Shown piece after piece: positions 61,393 to 64,000 of a stretch of DNA of 64,000 nucleotides. The stretch's first letter is position 1. Every line of letters begins with the position of its first letter. The notes under the pieces were generated by a model. The model was given only the letters and a program-made list of their open reading frames with translations. It did not search any database and was not told the DNA's origin. The position numbers and the translations under genes were made by a program. Origin of the DNA: Candidatus Sericytochromatia bacterium (GTDB lineage Bacteria > Cyanobacteriota > Sericytochromatia > S15B-MN24 > UBA4093); NCBI GenBank assembly GCA_036676985.1, contig JAKFBU010000027.1, positions 96,001-160,000 of the forward strand. Reading direction: 5' to 3'.

Positions 61393-62508
61393 TCAGACCA
61401 GCGAGTGGTCGAAGTAGATCGGCCGGGCGTTGAAAGGATGCCCCCCCCAGCGCTGCAGGGGATCCATGACGAAGAACTCGATGTCCACGGCCTGGGTCAT
61501 GAAGCCGTCGAGAGCCTGGATGAGCGGATCGCGCACGTCGAGCATGGCGCTGATGAACAGGTAGCGCGGGGACTTGTGGTCGTTGTAGACGGCCACGAGG
61601 AGGGCCTCCAGGTCCCGGGCCTCCTCGGCACAGACCTGGGTGGCGTAGAAGTAGGGCATGGCCTGGCCCGCCTCGGGCATCCGTGCGAGCCCGAGCAGCC
61701 GGGACAGCGGGTTGTACCAGCGGCGCATGCGCGCCATCTCGGGAGCATAGCCCAGGACGACCATGCGCTTGAACGCCTCCTGGTCCCAGGTGGCGAGCAG
61801 CCCCACCAGCCTCCCGTCCCGGAACGCCAGGTAGTAGCGTTCGAGGCTAAGGCCGGGCGATCGCTCGAGCTGTTGCCGGAAGGAGGCCTCGCTCCAGACC
61901 GGGGCGAACTGCTTGCCCGACTGCACGCGGTTCCAGCAGGCGATCATCTGGGGGACGTCCGCTTCGGTCGCCCGGCGGACGGTGATGCCCCGCGGCGGTC
62001 GCTTGCGGAACAGGAACTGCACCGTGAAGTTGCGCAGGGTCGTAACGTGGTGGTAGGGCAGGAGCGAGCCCTTGCCCTGCAGGACGCCCGCCATGGCCGC
62101 GTTGTCCTTCATGATCGTCGTGACGCCGAGGTCCCACCCCCGGTTCACACCCCAGTCGGTCAGGAAGTCGTAGAGCCGTTTCACCTGGCGACCGCCGCGG
62201 CTTTCCGGGTGGACGCGCAAATCGCAGGCGTAGAAGACCTCGCGCGGCACCCCATCCACGTAGACCTCGGGAAAGGACGCGAGAGCCGCCGCAGCGCTCA
62301 GGCGCCCGGGCTGTCGGTCGTCGAGCACGCAGACATGGGCGCCGTCGCCTTGCAGGGCGCTGAGGGTGAAGAAGCTCGGGGCCCGGTCGAAGTACATGCG
62401 GACGCTGCCCGACATGGGGCAGGCGCGGACGAGGTCGACCAGCGCGGCATCGTCGTCGGGGCCGGCCCACCGGGGGCGCGCGAGGGATCGGGACGCGGCG
62501 TCGGTCAT
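61393..62508 (-). CDS. Tandem GNAT-fold acyltransferase-like protein
   Basis: YACDLRVHPESRGG; second GNAT start ITVRRATEADVPQM; ATGA overlap with GH3 gene. Confidence 0.7.
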   Translation of the reverse strand: MTDAASRSLARPRWAGPDDDAALVDLVRACPMSGSVRMYFDRAPSFFTLSALQGDGAHVCVLDDRQPGRLSAAAALASFPEVYVDGVPREVFYACDLRVHPESRGGRQVKRLYDFLTDWGVNRGWDLGVTTIMKDNAAMAGVLQGKGSLLPYHHVTTLRNFTVQFLFRKRPPRGITVRRATEADVPQMIACWNRVQSGKQFAPVWSEASFRQQLERSPGLSLERYYLAFRDGRLVGLLATWDQEAFKRMVVLGYAPEMARMRRWYNPLSRLLGLARMPEAGQAMPYFYATQVCAEEARDLEALLVAVYNDHKSPRYLFISAMLDVRDPLIQALDGFMTQAVDIEFFVMDPLQRWGGHPFNARPIYFDHSLV

Positions 62509-64000
62509 GTCGTCTCCTGCAAGGCGGGAGGGGCCTGGAACCGTTCGGTCCAGCCGAAGGCGGCATGGAGGTAGGTGGGCTTGATATCGCCCGGGCGCTG
62601 CCCGAGTGCCTCGCAGCCTGCGTGGTAGCGCCCCACGGCCCCCGCGTCGACGCGCACCGGACGCAGAGCGCCCAGCTGCCCGAGGTCGCGGGCGTAGGCG
62701 TAATGGTGGCTTTCGCGCAGGCGCGCCTCCAGGTTCTGGGCCACAGCCAGGAGCTCGTCGTCCCGAAGGTCCGGGCAATCCAGGAAGAGGGCGTAGTAGG
62801 GCGGCTCGCCCCATTCTGGCGCCAGCATGGCGAAGCGGCAGTCCACCTGCAGGTCCGCGAGGATCTGCTCGATCAAGGCTCCGACTCGCAGCTCGTTGAG
62901 CTTCTCGCCGACCACGTCCGAGACCTTGCCGGTTTTGCCGACGAACTCGACGAGCGGAGTGGCCGCCACGCGCCCGACCACCCGGATGGCATCGTGCATG
63001 GCGTAGCGATACAGCCCGCCGCCGGTGGTCAGGAGGACGGAATAGCGATCGCCCACCGTGAGCTCATCCACCAAGAGGGGGCGGGCAGCGGGGGATCCGA
63101 GGGGGACGAACTCCAGCACGTGCGAGTCGACGGCAAGGACGGCGCCGGGATGGTCCAGGAGCGGAAAGGAGACGACGCCCTCGGTGGCGAGCAGCCCCTT
63201 GCCCTGAATTTCTACGCCCGGAAAGCGTCGCCGCAGCTCGGGCAGGAAGCGGGCGGCCACCCCACTCGTCCAGCAGCTCACGAGCTGGAGGTTCGGCCAT
63301 AGGTCGGTGCCGAGGACGGGCTCTCCTGCCTTCACGCGGGAGCTCAAGCGCCGGGCCAGGGCCGGCTGCGGGGTCAGTCCCCGCTCCAACGCCGCCTGAA
63401 GCCCTGCCTCCACGGGCGTTGGCGGGGTCAGGGTGCCGCGGGACAGGTCGTGGATCAAGCGATCCGCATGGCGATCGAAGGCCCCGAGCAAGAGCGTCAG
63501 GAAGCTAGGGTTCCAGACCGAGATGAAGCCCAGGCGATCGCCGTTCAGGAGATGCCGGAGCGTGACGTAGCGGTTCAGCTCCATGTCCGGCAGGTGCCGG
63601 ACCTCGGGTGGGACCATCATGAGCTGCTTGAGGACCCAGCGATCGACGGGACCGAAGTACTCGCTGTCGTCTTCGAAGCCGACTCGCAGCCCGCCGGGCG
63701 TGACCTCGCGCTGCCCGGAGCCGGACGAGATCGACCAGTAAGCGGCCAGTTCGCGCAGTCGGGGTCGCTGCTCCTGCAGATCCGCGAGCCAGACGGAGGT
63801 CGCCTGCTGGAACTCCCGCCGCAGGGAGGCCGTGAAGGGGATGTACTTGGAGGCGGCCGTCGAGCCCCCCGACTTTTCCATCATGAGGACGGGCTCGGCA
63901 GTGAGCACCCCATGCTCCCCCTGGCGGATGGCGTCGATCCAAGGCTGCAGCGCTTCGTAGTCCACGATCGGAACAGCAGCCTGGAAGTCTTCGAAGGACC
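62505..64000 (-). CDS. GH3-family acyl-adenylate / acyl-acid amido synthetase (5'-truncated by window edge)
   Basis: VPIVDYEAL, KSGGSTAASKYIP, KGLLATEG, LTTGGGLYRY..HD, GEKL. Confidence 0.9.
   Translation of the reverse strand, partial: SFEDFQAAVPIVDYEALQPWIDAIRQGEHGVLTAEPVLMMEKSGGSTAASKYIPFTASLRREFQQATSVWLADLQEQRPRLRELAAYWSISSGSGQREVTPGGLRVGFEDDSEYFGPVDRWVLKQLMMVPPEVRHLPDMELNRYVTLRHLLNGDRLGFISVWNPSFLTLLLGAFDRHADRLIHDLSRGTLTPPTPVEAGLQAALERGLTPQPALARRLSSRVKAGEPVLGTDLWPNLQLVSCWTSGVAARFLPELRRRFPGVEIQGKGLLATEGVVSFPLLDHPGAVLAVDSHVLEFVPLGSPAARPLLVDELTVGDRYSVLLTTGGGLYRYAMHDAIRVVGRVAATPLVEFVGKTGKVSDVVGEKLNELRVGALIEQILADLQVDCRFAMLAPEWGEPPYYALFLDCPDLRDDELLAVAQNLEARLRESHHYAYARDLGQLGALRPVRVDAGAVGRYHAGCEALGQRPGDIKPTYLHAAFGWTERFQAPPALQETT

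Overview
This is a high-GC bacterial chromosomal window from a diderm (TolC, outer-membrane barrel, many lipoproteins), with about 60 supportable CDS, one tRNA-Val(GAC), and no rRNA, CRISPR or transposase. 1-2 kb: a partial histidine kinase, then an HTH plus nucleotidyltransferase pair (type IV toxin-antitoxin-like) with a 22-bp-phased operator array, just downstream of the tRNA. 2-15 kb: a tandem nitroreductase-fold protein, anti-sigma partner-switching genes, NMO/TetR and a five-gene RND operon. 15-23 kb: a four-gene DNA-resection operon (dead helicase, UvrD, Fe-S PD-(D/E)XK nuclease, RecJ). 23-48 kb: FliH-repeat J-domain paralogs, a small operator-controlled cassette with a nuclease apparently split over two genes, SppA/ruvX/DUF1292/SPOR, a secreted LIM+DA1 protease, a REP doublet and a 2H-phosphoesterase lipoprotein. 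The best candidate for an undescribed system is 48.3-64 kb, a putative lipid/acyl-amide biosynthetic cluster with no PKS or NRPS in the window. It encodes an UnbU-UnbV-like fusion, a split Rieske oxygenase, an intact Rieske oxygenase, a desaturase, an ICMT-type methyltransferase, a His-motif membrane protein, MMPL, a LolA-like lipoprotein, a GNAT and a GH3 synthetase, and it runs off the right edge. All assignments come from motif recognition by eye; no database searches were run.
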